Shown here: positions 40,771 through 50,261 of the stretch, in pieces
How the letters are laid out: every line of letters begins with the position of its first letter
Numbering within the stretch: the stretch's first letter is position 1
NCBI GenBank assembly: GCA_009930475.1
Contig: RZYC01000007.1
Location: 6,188 to 70,187 of the forward strand
Reading direction: 5' to 3'
Length of the DNA stretch: 64,000 bases
Source: Spartobacteria bacterium
GTDB lineage: Bacteria; Verrucomicrobiota; Kiritimatiellia; RZYC01
The notes under the pieces: generated by a model
Told to the model about the DNA's origin: nothing
Seen by the model: the letters and a program-made list of their open reading frames with translations, nothing else
The model's database searches: none
Position numbers and translations under genes: made by a program

Positions 40771-43131
40771 CTAGGGGCTTTTGCTATGAACATCAAGTAC
40801 ATCCCGCAATTTTGCAATCAGCACAGCGTGCTTAAATGGTTTATGTATGACGTGCAGTTCGGTTTGATCCATTTCGTGGGCCGCAAGTAAATCATCTCCG
40901 AATCCCGTGCAAAATATCACCGGAATCCCGGGATGGATGAGTTGCATGGCCTTATATACATCGGGCCCCGTCATATCTGTCATTCGCACATCGATAATCA
41001 TGGCTGAAATTACTTCCTGATGCTGCTCAAAAAGGGCGAGGGCATCACGACCTGATTGTGCTGATAAGACCCGGTAGCCGGAATGAGTCAATGAACTGGA
41101 AATCATATTAAGGACATACACATCATCATCCACTGCAAGAATAAGTTCATTACTTGATATTGTTTGAATTTTTGGCAATGGAGATATGACCGGCTCAAGG
41201 GAGCACAACGAAACGGGAGCGGTCAGCTCGGGAGAGTCCGTGTTTAACGGAGCCTTCTCAAGTTCTGTTTTTGTAGACGACTTATCACTCGTACAACCAT
41301 GCGGCTCCTCGCAGGCTTCTTCCGAAGGATCTTTTTGATCTCCGAACGAATCAAGCAGTGACCCGACAACACAGGCAAATGTAGGTAGCAATTTCTTGCC
41401 GTTTTCGGCATCAAATCGATGTCGAATTACTGTATAGATGAGAAATCCCCGCATCAGCTTATGTTCATCAAACCAGGCTGCAGCAACAACGGATAATCCA
41501 TTAACTCCAGTGGGCGCAACCGCCCCATCCGGTATTTCTTGATATGTAAAAGCGCCGCGCTCCAAATCGACCATGACATCGCGCTTCTGCTCCGGCGATA
41601 AAAGATCCATGGGGGAGTCATCCCCGAATAAACAGGTTTCCAAATCCGGTTCATGACCTCCGACGCGCACATACAGTGCTGCGGAATCCGTGCCCAGCGC
41701 ATGGGATACTTCATGCAGAACAGCGTGCGGCTCCCGTGTGCATGATTCAACCAGGTTGTGTATACACTGGAACAGATGCCGGCCCCTACATAACAATGAT
41801 TCCTGCCGACGCATATCGGTGACGTTTCGCAGCACGAGAAGGCCTCGTCCGGGGTGCGCCTCCTTCACCAGGGCACCAGAATAAAATGACCAGCGCCACA
41901 CCTGTTCTGACCCGTCAGCACAAAGCAGCCGGCCTTCATAACTGGCCGTACCATCAATGAGTGCCTTTGATAATACGTGTTCTACCGCATGCTTTGTAGT
42001 CTGCGGCAGATCGGCATAGACCGACCGGCCAGCCTCCAGCTCCACAGGGAAATCCATACAGCCCATAATCGAAACAATATACCCGTCCAGCGAAACCTCT
42101 ATGCAGCACAGTCCGGCGTCCTCTGCAACGGTCTGTAAGAGGGGTAAAAAAAAGTGACTGGGCATTACACCGTTTTCTTCCGTTTTTTTTGTATCCCGCC
42201 ATCGGCAGCTCAGTAAAATCCAGCTACCCGCCCACAACATTCCCGCCAGACTCCAGATCATCATAGGACGATCAGGTGCATACACCTCCCAAAAGGGCAT
42301 GACCAAAGCGATATACGCAACACGTTCGCCACGAACATAAATGGGCATACCAAACTTACAACTGTAATCCCCTCGTGCCGAAGGACTACCGTACGATGCA
42401 ATCTGCGACCCCGTGGAGAATGCATGCAGGACATCATTTAATTGCTCGCGATCTTTTTCAAATATCAGCCCCCTGTACTGAGGGTCGGGATGCGAAAGAA
42501 TGAAAAGATTGCGGTCAAGCAAAACTCCATATCCTTCTCTGACAGGGATCTCTGCCGACAACATGTCCACCATACGCTGTTGCGATACCACGCCGGCCAA
42601 TGCCGCAATGCGCCAATCGTACACGATAGGCAATGCGAAAATTATTTTACTCCCCTCATCAGCACCGATGCGAACACCTCCCACATAAAACGATTGCCTT
42701 TCTTTGGCGAAAGCATAATCAAGACAGGATAAAACAGCCGGTGGCACCTGACCGCATAGAATCGGTTTATCCCCCGTTATATCAGCATAAACCCCATCAT
42801 CATAACGCCCTGACATATTTCCCGCTAACGAAACAGCATCAAAGAAATGACTAAAATACCCCTGCCGCACACTGCTACAAAAGGCGTCTACCGGCAGTGC
42901 ATTCGTCTTCTGCAAGTCCGCTTGCATCACGACAGACAAATCCTTCATCTGCGTATACATGCTATCTATCTGATGTTCAACATATCCCGCGTATTCGATC
43001 ATCTTGTCTTCTGCCAAACGATGCATTCGCTGTACACCCCCACACACAAACACCACCAGTAAAGCAAATATAAATAAAAGCCGAAACCCCGCCCTTTTTG
43101 TCATACAGCGTTTTAAACGACAGATTCGCAT
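40771..43131 (-). CDS. Membrane sensor with Cache-like, PAS-like and GAF-like regions and a C-terminal receiver, apparently without a kinase core
   Basis: Two TMs flanking a Cache-like region (LDRNLFILSHPDP), C-terminal REC (LAVDDD...IIDVRM...FCTG...HKP); no H-box, N-box or G-boxes visible; start chosen by AGGAG RBS. Confidence 0.75.
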   Translation of the reverse strand: MRICRLKRCMTKRAGFRLLFIFALLVVFVCGGVQRMHRLAEDKMIEYAGYVEHQIDSMYTQMKDLSVVMQADLQKTNALPVDAFCSSVRQGYFSHFFDAVSLAGNMSGRYDDGVYADITGDKPILCGQVPPAVLSCLDYAFAKERQSFYVGGVRIGADEGSKIIFALPIVYDWRIAALAGVVSQQRMVDMLSAEIPVREGYGVLLDRNLFILSHPDPQYRGLIFEKDREQLNDVLHAFSTGSQIASYGSPSARGDYSCKFGMPIYVRGERVAYIALVMPFWEVYAPDRPMMIWSLAGMLWAGSWILLSCRWRDTKKTEENGVMPSHFFLPLLQTVAEDAGLCCIEVSLDGYIVSIMGCMDFPVELEAGRSVYADLPQTTKHAVEHVLSKALIDGTASYEGRLLCADGSEQVWRWSFYSGALVKEAHPGRGLLVLRNVTDMRRQESLLCRGRHLFQCIHNLVESCTREPHAVLHEVSHALGTDSAALYVRVGGHEPDLETCLFGDDSPMDLLSPEQKRDVMVDLERGAFTYQEIPDGAVAPTGVNGLSVVAAAWFDEHKLMRGFLIYTVIRHRFDAENGKKLLPTFACVVGSLLDSFGDQKDPSEEACEEPHGCTSDKSSTKTELEKAPLNTDSPELTAPVSLCSLEPVISPLPKIQTISSNELILAVDDDVYVLNMISSSLTHSGYRVLSAQSGRDALALFEQHQEVISAMIIDVRMTDMTGPDVYKAMQLIHPGIPVIFCTGFGDDLLAAHEMDQTELHVIHKPFKHAVLIAKLRDVLDVHSKSP

Positions 43132-43238
43132 TGCATTCCCTACTCCTTCTAAAACAAACAGACAATCAGGCCGAAGAAGCCGGCCAATCAACAAGCATGT
43201 CCCCGCCACCTTCTTCGACCCGATTCACACCAAGCAAA

Positions 43239-43736
43239 TTACAAAGATGCTAATGCCGACGCATAATCAGGTTCCTGCGTGATTTCCGGAACCAGTTCCG
43301 TGTATTTGACGACACCCTTTTCATCAATAATAATGACCGCCCTTGCCAACAGTCCCTTGACAGGCGAATCAACAATACCCAGTCCATAGGACTCTGCAAA
43401 TGCCGGATTTCTGAAAGCAGAAAGCGACTCAACATTCTCAAGCCCTTCGGCTCCGCAAAAACGAGCATGCGCAAACGGCAAATCCATGGAGACACAGAGC
43501 ACAACCACATCAGATCGCCCGGCCGCCTCCGCATTGAAACGACGCACCGAAGCGGCGCAGACAGGAGTATCTACACTAGGAAAAACATTTAATACGATGA
43601 TTTTCCCCTTCCAGTCGGCCAATGCCACATCACTCAGATCCGTTTTTGTCAATGCAAACGCAGGAGCAATACTTCCCGTCGCCGGTAATTCCCCGCAGGT
43701 CTGAACACTGTTTCCTTCTAACGCAGTCGTTGCCAT
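43239..43736 (-). CDS. tpx: Thiol peroxidase (atypical 2-Cys peroxiredoxin)
   Basis: [32 protein letters not shown]. Confidence 0.96.
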   Translation of the reverse strand: MATTALEGNSVQTCGELPATGSIAPAFALTKTDLSDVALADWKGKIIVLNVFPSVDTPVCAASVRRFNAEAAGRSDVVVLCVSMDLPFAHARFCGAEGLENVESLSAFRNPAFAESYGLGIVDSPVKGLLARAVIIIDEKGVVKYTELVPEITQEPDYASALASL

Positions 43737-43812
43737 ATTTCATCCTCCTTATGTGATTAATTAGAACGGAGCACAGTTTATAATAAAAAACTCGAATTAT
43801 ACAACCAGCAAA

Positions 43813-43878
43813 TATATTATTCTGACTTACTATCATTTTCCTCTTGACCCGCCCCTGCAAATACCCCATCGTACCTGC
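43813..43878 (+). promoter_or_regulatory. Putative leaderless promoter of RAYT copy 4 with upstream 21-bp box
   Basis: TATATTATTCTGACTTACTAT (43813-33), N9, C, TTGACC (43844-49), N17, CATCGT (43867-72), N6, ATG 43879. Confidence 0.65.
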
Positions 43879-44841
43879 ATGAACCAACGAATAAAACACA
43901 GTCACTTAGCCTACTACCACTGCATGAGCCGCATCGTCGGCCGCGAAATGTTGCTTGGTAAAGCAGAAAAACAACACATGCATGCATTGATACGCCGTAT
44001 TGAAGGATTTACCGGCGTACGCGTATTAACCTATGCAATCATGACAAACCATGTACATCTGCTACTTGAGGAGCCTGATCGCAACACGGTGATCTCCGAT
44101 GAAGAATTTCGGCGGCGCATGAAGTACCTGTATACAGAAACTGAACTTTCGGAACTGTATGAAAGATGGGACATGTGGACACCGGAAAGCGTAGCCATGG
44201 ACATGCATCGCTACCTCATTCGCATGCACGATATCAGTGAATTCATGAAGCAATTAAAACAGCGGTTTTCTCGCTGGTACAACAAGCGTAATCAGCGGTC
44301 GGGAGCATTGTGGGATACGCGGTTTAAGAGCGTGCTGGTAGAGCCGGGGACTCCGCTTCGAACGGTGGCCGCATACATCGAGATGAATCCTGTACGGGCC
44401 GGCATGGAAAAAGAACCTCATTTCTATCCATTTTGCGGCTTTGCAGAAGCTATGGCGGGAGGTAGAAATGCGCAAACAGGGATACGCATTATTGCAGCAT
44501 CTATGGAGTCTGAATCACAGCATTGGGATGTTGTTTCTTCCCATTATTTCGAACGCATTCTGATGTACGACGAGGTACGTAATCACCCAAAACGAGCCCG
44601 CACAGACCACGATTATCTGCGGGAACAACTAGGCAAACGACTGGAACTAACCGATCATGAACGATTGCGATGCCGTAGTCGTTATTTCACGGACGGACGC
44701 ATCATCGGCAGCAAAGAATTTGTGGAGGAATACTTTCAAGAACACAAGCAGCACTTTGGATCAAAACGAACGTCCGGCGCACGAAAAGTCAAAGGCGGCT
44801 GGAATAATTTGTTTGCTCTGCGCGAGCTGATGGACTGGTAA
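43879..44841 (+). CDS. RAYT-like Y1 (HUH) tyrosine transposase, copy 4 (320 aa)
   Basis: YYHCMSRIVGR, YAIMTNHVHLLL, GALWDTRFKSVLV, AAYIEMNPVRAG. Confidence 0.9.
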   Translation: MNQRIKHSHLAYYHCMSRIVGREMLLGKAEKQHMHALIRRIEGFTGVRVLTYAIMTNHVHLLLEEPDRNTVISDEEFRRRMKYLYTETELSELYERWDMWTPESVAMDMHRYLIRMHDISEFMKQLKQRFSRWYNKRNQRSGALWDTRFKSVLVEPGTPLRTVAAYIEMNPVRAGMEKEPHFYPFCGFAEAMAGGRNAQTGIRIIAASMESESQHWDVVSSHYFERILMYDEVRNHPKRARTDHDYLREQLGKRLELTDHERLRCRSRYFTDGRIIGSKEFVEEYFQEHKQHFGSKRTSGARKVKGGWNNLFALRELMDW

Positions 44842-45012
44842 GCCGGGCGCATGATTTGTCCGTTGGCAGGACGTGAAATACTTTTGTTTGACTAATACGC
44901 TATAAGTATTCGCATAATCTGTGTTATTTATATAGTTCAAGTCAATGATTGATCCTTCGTGAATGAATGGTATGCAGGATTCAAGATATTTAACTCGAAC
45001 CACTGTGGTTTC

Positions 45013-48000
45013 ATGAAAACAAAAATTCTATACACTTTGTACATCTGCGTTTCGCTTTCGTTTCTTCCATTTTACGGCTTGGCTCAGACACCCCGAGTGA
45101 ATGAACTTTGCGCTCAGGCATCCGATCGCCTGCTTCGTTGGGATACCAACGGAATTCCAAAATTAGGGACAGGAGCATCCTGGTATGACGTAAACTTTTC
45201 CGATAGTGACTGGTCGCGTGGAGACGGTGATTTCGGCTATGGCGGCACAAATACAGTTGGAACAGATCTCGGCGAAGAAATGTACGGGCAATCCTTCTCG
45301 CTATATATTCGAACATCTTTCACTCCTGACAGCGCATTACTGACCGCGACATCTGCTTTACAACTGGTTATGAGTTACGATGACGGGTTCATTGCCTATC
45401 TCAACGGAAAAGAAATTGCCCGACGCAATATGGGCGCAACCAACAGCTTTGCCTATCACGATCAGCCCACTTTTAATGAGTGTATCAGCAACGAAACCAT
45501 CACCATCGGCATCGCCTCCAATCTGCTAATCTCCGGCACCAATGTACTGGCGATTCAAGGGCACAACCTCCTCATTGATCAATCTACTTTTCAGCTGTCA
45601 GCAGGTCTTAACGTGGAATCTCCTTCATCGGTACTTGTGCGATACAGCGACGAATGGGCTTACAAAGTAGGCACAACGGAACCTTCGGGAGGAGCCGTTG
45701 ATCCTGCATTTGACCCTGACTATTCCTCCATAAACACTGACTGGACTCAAACGGACTACGACGCATCCAACTGGTCCATCGGAGCTGGGCCCATTGGGTA
45801 CGGGGACGACGATGATGCGACCGACGTAAAGGATGAAGTGTACGGCATTGCCTATTCCGTATATATGCGGCAGACCTTTCAAGCAACGACAACGGACATC
45901 GAATCCACCAATTCATTGATTTTCACCGTCGACTTTGATGATGGGTACGTGGCCTATGTCAATGGAAAGGAAATCAGTCGCAGCAACTTGGGGACACTGG
46001 GAGAAATCATTCCGCATAATCAGGCAGCCGATCCTTCTCATGAGGCGGGAATTCCTGTGACAACGAATATTGGCACCGCCTCAAACTGGCTGACCGTTGG
46101 TGAAAACGTTTTTAGTGTGCAGGTGCATAATCAGGATAAATGGAGTTCAGACATGACGATGTCAGCCGATCTGGACATCGTAGGAACGACGACACAAGCC
46201 CTCGTACGTCACGAAAACAACTGGCAGTTTTTCATTGGCACCACCGAACCCCGAGACGCGGAACAAGCCCTGCGCGAACCAGATTTCTACGACTGGGTTG
46301 AACTCATCAACACCAATACCTCTCCCATCAATCTGAAAAACTGGGCGTTGAGCGATGACGCGACAAAACCCACCAAGTGGGTATTCCCTGATGTATCCAT
46401 CGGGGCCGGAAAAACCCTGCTTGTATTTTGTTCCGGATACGATATTCGCGAGACCAATGCCCCCTATCTGCACACCAGTTTCAAACTTTCCGCCTCGGGG
46501 GAATATCTGGGTCTATTCAATGCACAGAGCGTCCCCGTTTCGCAAATTACGCCCGAATTTCCTAAGCAACCCATGTTTCATTCTTATGGCTGGGACACTG
46601 TATCCCAAAGCTACCGCTACTTCGACACCCCCACGCCCGAAGAACCCAACAGCGGTTTAACCTACTCGGGCGTCGTAGCAAATCCTATATTCAACACACC
46701 GCAGGGATTTCATACAGGCTCCGTCAACGTAGAAATCAGACAGACAGACAATGCAGACATTCGTTATACGCTGGACGGAAGTGAACCTACACTAAACCAT
46801 GGAAGCGAATATAGTACGGCACTAACACTTACGTCCAACACGATAATAAGAGCCAAAGCCTTTCACACAAATGAGCTACCCTCGGAATGCATCACGGCAA
46901 CCTACCTCATTGACCAACCCGCTGTCATCCAGCAGTTGCCGGTCCTGTCCATGGTCGGAGATGCCGGTCGCACATTCTATGATCCAACGGGCATTACGTC
47001 CATCAACGGAGGCAAATACACAGGGGACGATCCCGACGAATCAAAATGGTCATCCACCAATGCCGTCAACGACTACAATATCCCCATGGAACACGGCCGC
47101 CCCTTTGAACGTTTTTCAGACATGGCCTACATTCCGTCCGGCACCAATACCGCACTGCAAACGGGATGCGGCATTCGTTTCGGCGGCGGTGACTACGTAC
47201 GTTCAATTACCAAGTCGGGCATATGGACCAACGGCCCCGCCTACAAGCCCTCTTTCAACCTCTATTTCCGCGACGAATACGGCGACAGCCGACTGGAAAA
47301 TCTAATTATCACCAATTCTCCTATAAAAGATTACGACAACCTTCGCCTGCGAGCCGGCAACAATGACTGGTATAACCCTTTCATACGCGACGAACTCAGT
47401 CGACGTTTAGCCATGGACTGCGGCTATGCGAGCAGCATCGGATCATTCCTAAACCTATATATCAACGGGGAATACAAGGGCTATTACAATATTGTTGAAA
47501 AATACGAGACGTCCTTCTTTCAGTCGTCCTACGACAGCACCAATCTTTGGGATGTGATAAAATCATACGAGGAAATCGCCGACGGTGACGCCATTGCATG
47601 GAGATACATGCTGAACTTCTTTACCAATCAAAACCTATCCGTCAGCAGCAATTATACCACAGCCTGCTCCCTTCTGGACGTGACAAACTTCGTCGACTAC
47701 CTGCTCATTGAAACCTACAGCGTCAATCCCGACTGGCCCGACAACAACTGGGCTGCGGCCAAAGAGCGCACCACCAACGGAATCTTCCGATTCTACGTAT
47801 GGGACTCTGAACAATGCTTCGTCGATCATTATATATCAGGCAACTGTTTCACCCAATATCCCGCATGGTGGGATGGCGGCGGAAAAGGGTTAAACGGGCA
47901 GGATACGCCCATTGCCAACATCTATCGCGCCCTGACCAACAACTCAGACTTCAAAATGCTCTTTGCCGACCGCATCCAAAAACAATTTTTCGATAGCGGC

Positions 48001-50001
48001 GCACTGACCGATAAAGAGATCGCAAAGCGTTTTGTCGAACTAGAAACAACCATGCGCGATACCGTCGAAGCCACCTTCGGGACATTCCGAACGACGATAA
48101 CCAATAACTGGATACCCAATCGACGCGCCATTGCCTTCCAGCAGTATACCGATGAAGGACTTTGGCCAGCACTAAGCGCACCGTCGTTTAGCACTACAAG
48201 CGGTACAGTGATGGCCGGTACATCCTTTTCCATGACCAACAACAACGGCTCCGGCACCATCTATTACACCCTCGACGGCAGCGATCCGCGTCTGTCCGGC
48301 GGCGGCATTGGCGGAACATCCTATACCACTGCGTTATCCATCGACTACAATACCATCATTCGCGCCCGCTGTTACGACAGCGGACAATGGAGCGCAGAAC
48401 GCACCGTACAGCTCATTACCGACGCACAGCCAACGCTGAAAATCACTGAGATCATGTACAATCCACCAGAACCGTCTGGGGCCGAAACCAACAGCGCCTT
48501 TACCGCGCAGGATTTTGAATATGTCGAATTCAAAAATACCGGCACGAACACCATAAGCCTCATCGACATGAAGCTCACCAATGCCATAAACTTCACTTTC
48601 CCCGCCTTCACTCTGGCTCCGGGTGCATTGGTGGTCATCGCGCACAACACCAACGCTTTTACCCTGCGCTACACGAATACCAGTTTTGTTGCGGGAGCCT
48701 ACGAAGGCAACCTTAACAACGCCGGGGAAACCATTAACCTGCTGGGCATCACAGGCACACAGGTTCTCACCTGCACATTCAACAACAGCTGGTATCCCCC
48801 CACCGATGGACTGGGTTATTCGCTCGTCCCCACCAACCCCGTACCCGAGGGCTCCCCCTCCGACATGGCCTACTGGCGCGTCTCCAGCGAAGTCAATGGC
48901 TCGCCTGGACACGACGATCCGACCTCAACATATATCCCGCCCCTGCTTGTCAACGAGGCACTGACCCATACCGATCTTCCTCAATCCGATGCCATTGAAC
49001 TCTATAACCCCACAGCTACCAATGTATCGCTGGACGGCTGGTATCTCACCGACAACCGCGATCTGCCCACCAAATATCAGATCACTGCCGGACAAAGCGT
49101 CGATGCCCACGGCTATTGGACCATCTATGAAAACACCGGGGATACCAACAACATCCCCATCACCTGTTTCGGCAATGCCTTTGCCTTGAACTCCCACGGT
49201 GACAGCGTGTTCCTGTTCTCGCCAAACCTGCAATACAGCCACGGATTCACCTTCGAAGGGGCCGAAAACGGCATCAGCCTCGGGCGATACGAAAACAGTA
49301 TTGGCACCGAGGATTTCCCCGCACAATGGAGCACAACCCTTGGAACAACCAACGACGGTCCGCGCGTGGGTCCCGTTGCCATCACCGAATTCATGTACAA
49401 TCCACCCGACGGACAGCATGAATTCATCGAACTGGTCAACATCACCACCACCGATGTCATGCTCTATAACACCACCAACTCGTGGCAGCTCACCGGCATC
49501 GGATATACCTTCCCCACCAACATCATCATGCACACCAACGGCGTGGTACTGCTTGTACGAGACACCATCACCCCGGAACAATTCCGTACATCCAACAACG
49601 TCCCCGCCAATGTCCCCATCTTCACCTATAGCGGAAAACTGGATAACGGAGGCGAAACTCTTCGCCTGAAAATGCCCGACACACCCGACGAAAAAGGCGT
49701 CCCCTATATTGTCACCGATAAAATCACCTATGATGATCAGTCGCCCTGGCCCACTAATGCCGACGGATACGGCTCATCATTGGCCCGTCGCACCGTGATA
49801 TCCTACGGGAATGAACCAACCAACTGGTTCGCCCAGTATCCGCCCACCATCGGCATTGCCCCACCCTTTACCCCCATCGTGATGCCAACACCCGTTCCTC
49901 CCGTTCCAACACCGACACCCTCGCCGACACCGACACCGTTCCCCACACCCGTCACAACCAACAGCACGCTGTCATGGCTCATGATTTTGTTGCTGGATTG
50001 A
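45013..50001 (+). CDS. Large secreted lamin-tail-domain / CotH kinase family protein (~1660 aa)
   Basis: Signal peptide MKTKILY...GLAQ; CotH motifs LRLRAGNND, DWPDNNW, YVWDSE; two YTLDGSxP (CHB_HEX_C-like) modules; four lamin-tail motifs (NE/TE...Y...E.IEL.N); PT-rich tail. Confidence 0.88.
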   Translation: MKTKILYTLYICVSLSFLPFYGLAQTPRVNELCAQASDRLLRWDTNGIPKLGTGASWYDVNFSDSDWSRGDGDFGYGGTNTVGTDLGEEMYGQSFSLYIRTSFTPDSALLTATSALQLVMSYDDGFIAYLNGKEIARRNMGATNSFAYHDQPTFNECISNETITIGIASNLLISGTNVLAIQGHNLLIDQSTFQLSAGLNVESPSSVLVRYSDEWAYKVGTTEPSGGAVDPAFDPDYSSINTDWTQTDYDASNWSIGAGPIGYGDDDDATDVKDEVYGIAYSVYMRQTFQATTTDIESTNSLIFTVDFDDGYVAYVNGKEISRSNLGTLGEIIPHNQAADPSHEAGIPVTTNIGTASNWLTVGENVFSVQVHNQDKWSSDMTMSADLDIVGTTTQALVRHENNWQFFIGTTEPRDAEQALREPDFYDWVELINTNTSPINLKNWALSDDATKPTKWVFPDVSIGAGKTLLVFCSGYDIRETNAPYLHTSFKLSASGEYLGLFNAQSVPVSQITPEFPKQPMFHSYGWDTVSQSYRYFDTPTPEEPNSGLTYSGVVANPIFNTPQGFHTGSVNVEIRQTDNADIRYTLDGSEPTLNHGSEYSTALTLTSNTIIRAKAFHTNELPSECITATYLIDQPAVIQQLPVLSMVGDAGRTFYDPTGITSINGGKYTGDDPDESKWSSTNAVNDYNIPMEHGRPFERFSDMAYIPSGTNTALQTGCGIRFGGGDYVRSITKSGIWTNGPAYKPSFNLYFRDEYGDSRLENLIITNSPIKDYDNLRLRAGNNDWYNPFIRDELSRRLAMDCGYASSIGSFLNLYINGEYKGYYNIVEKYETSFFQSSYDSTNLWDVIKSYEEIADGDAIAWRYMLNFFTNQNLSVSSNYTTACSLLDVTNFVDYLLIETYSVNPDWPDNNWAAAKERTTNGIFRFYVWDSEQCFVDHYISGNCFTQYPAWWDGGGKGLNGQDTPIANIYRALTNNSDFKMLFADRIQKQFFDSGALTDKEIAKRFVELETTMRDTVEATFGTFRTTITNNWIPNRRAIAFQQYTDEGLWPALSAPSFSTTSGTVMAGTSFSMTNNNGSGTIYYTLDGSDPRLSGGGIGGTSYTTALSIDYNTIIRARCYDSGQWSAERTVQLITDAQPTLKITEIMYNPPEPSGAETNSAFTAQDFEYVEFKNTGTNTISLIDMKLTNAINFTFPAFTLAPGALVVIAHNTNAFTLRYTNTSFVAGAYEGNLNNAGETINLLGITGTQVLTCTFNNSWYPPTDGLGYSLVPTNPVPEGSPSDMAYWRVSSEVNGSPGHDDPTSTYIPPLLVNEALTHTDLPQSDAIELYNPTATNVSLDGWYLTDNRDLPTKYQITAGQSVDAHGYWTIYENTGDTNNIPITCFGNAFALNSHGDSVFLFSPNLQYSHGFTFEGAENGISLGRYENSIGTEDFPAQWSTTLGTTNDGPRVGPVAITEFMYNPPDGQHEFIELVNITTTDVMLYNTTNSWQLTGIGYTFPTNIIMHTNGVVLLVRDTITPEQFRTSNNVPANVPIFTYSGKLDNGGETLRLKMPDTPDEKGVPYIVTDKITYDDQSPWPTNADGYGSSLARRTVISYGNEPTNWFAQYPPTIGIAPPFTPIVMPTPVPPVPTPTPSPTPTPFPTPVTTNSTLSWLMILLLD

Positions 50002-50110
50002 CCTGGAAGTCATTAGGCAGGGCCAATGCTGTAAGCATAAAGAGCAATCCTGTCGGCTGTATTCCTGTATAACAAAACAATGCAAAAACAAGGCCATGTC
50101 GTGCTCTTTA

Positions 50111-50229
50111 TGCAAGACAAAAATAATGGTTAGTCTGCTTTATTATCTTCCTATATGCAAGACGGAAATTATAGTTAGTCTGCTTTATTATCATCAAGAC
50201 AAAAATTATAGTTAGCCTGCTTTTCTATC
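50111..50229 (-). repeat. Three tandem ~36-bp orphan copies of the RAYT-upstream unit
   Basis: Minus strand: ATAGAAAAGCAGGCTAACTAT-N9-CTTGAT, ATAATAAAGCAGACTAACTAT-N9-CTTGCA, ATAATAAAGCAGACTAACCAT-N9-CTTGCA; 21-mers at 50208-28, 50171-91, 50126-46; between convergent genes. Confidence 0.88.
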
Positions 50230-50261
50230 AACATGACGTGGCGAACACGGGACGGGGAGCT

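Noticed and set aside
44942-44952. TCAATGATTGA, resembling the palindrome core, downstream of RAYT copy 4
   Set aside because: Only 9 central bases match and the arms are absent; chance is not excluded.
50111-50229. CRISPR interpretation of the ~36-bp triplet
   Set aside because: Only 2-10 nt separate the units, so there are no spacers, and no cas genes are present.
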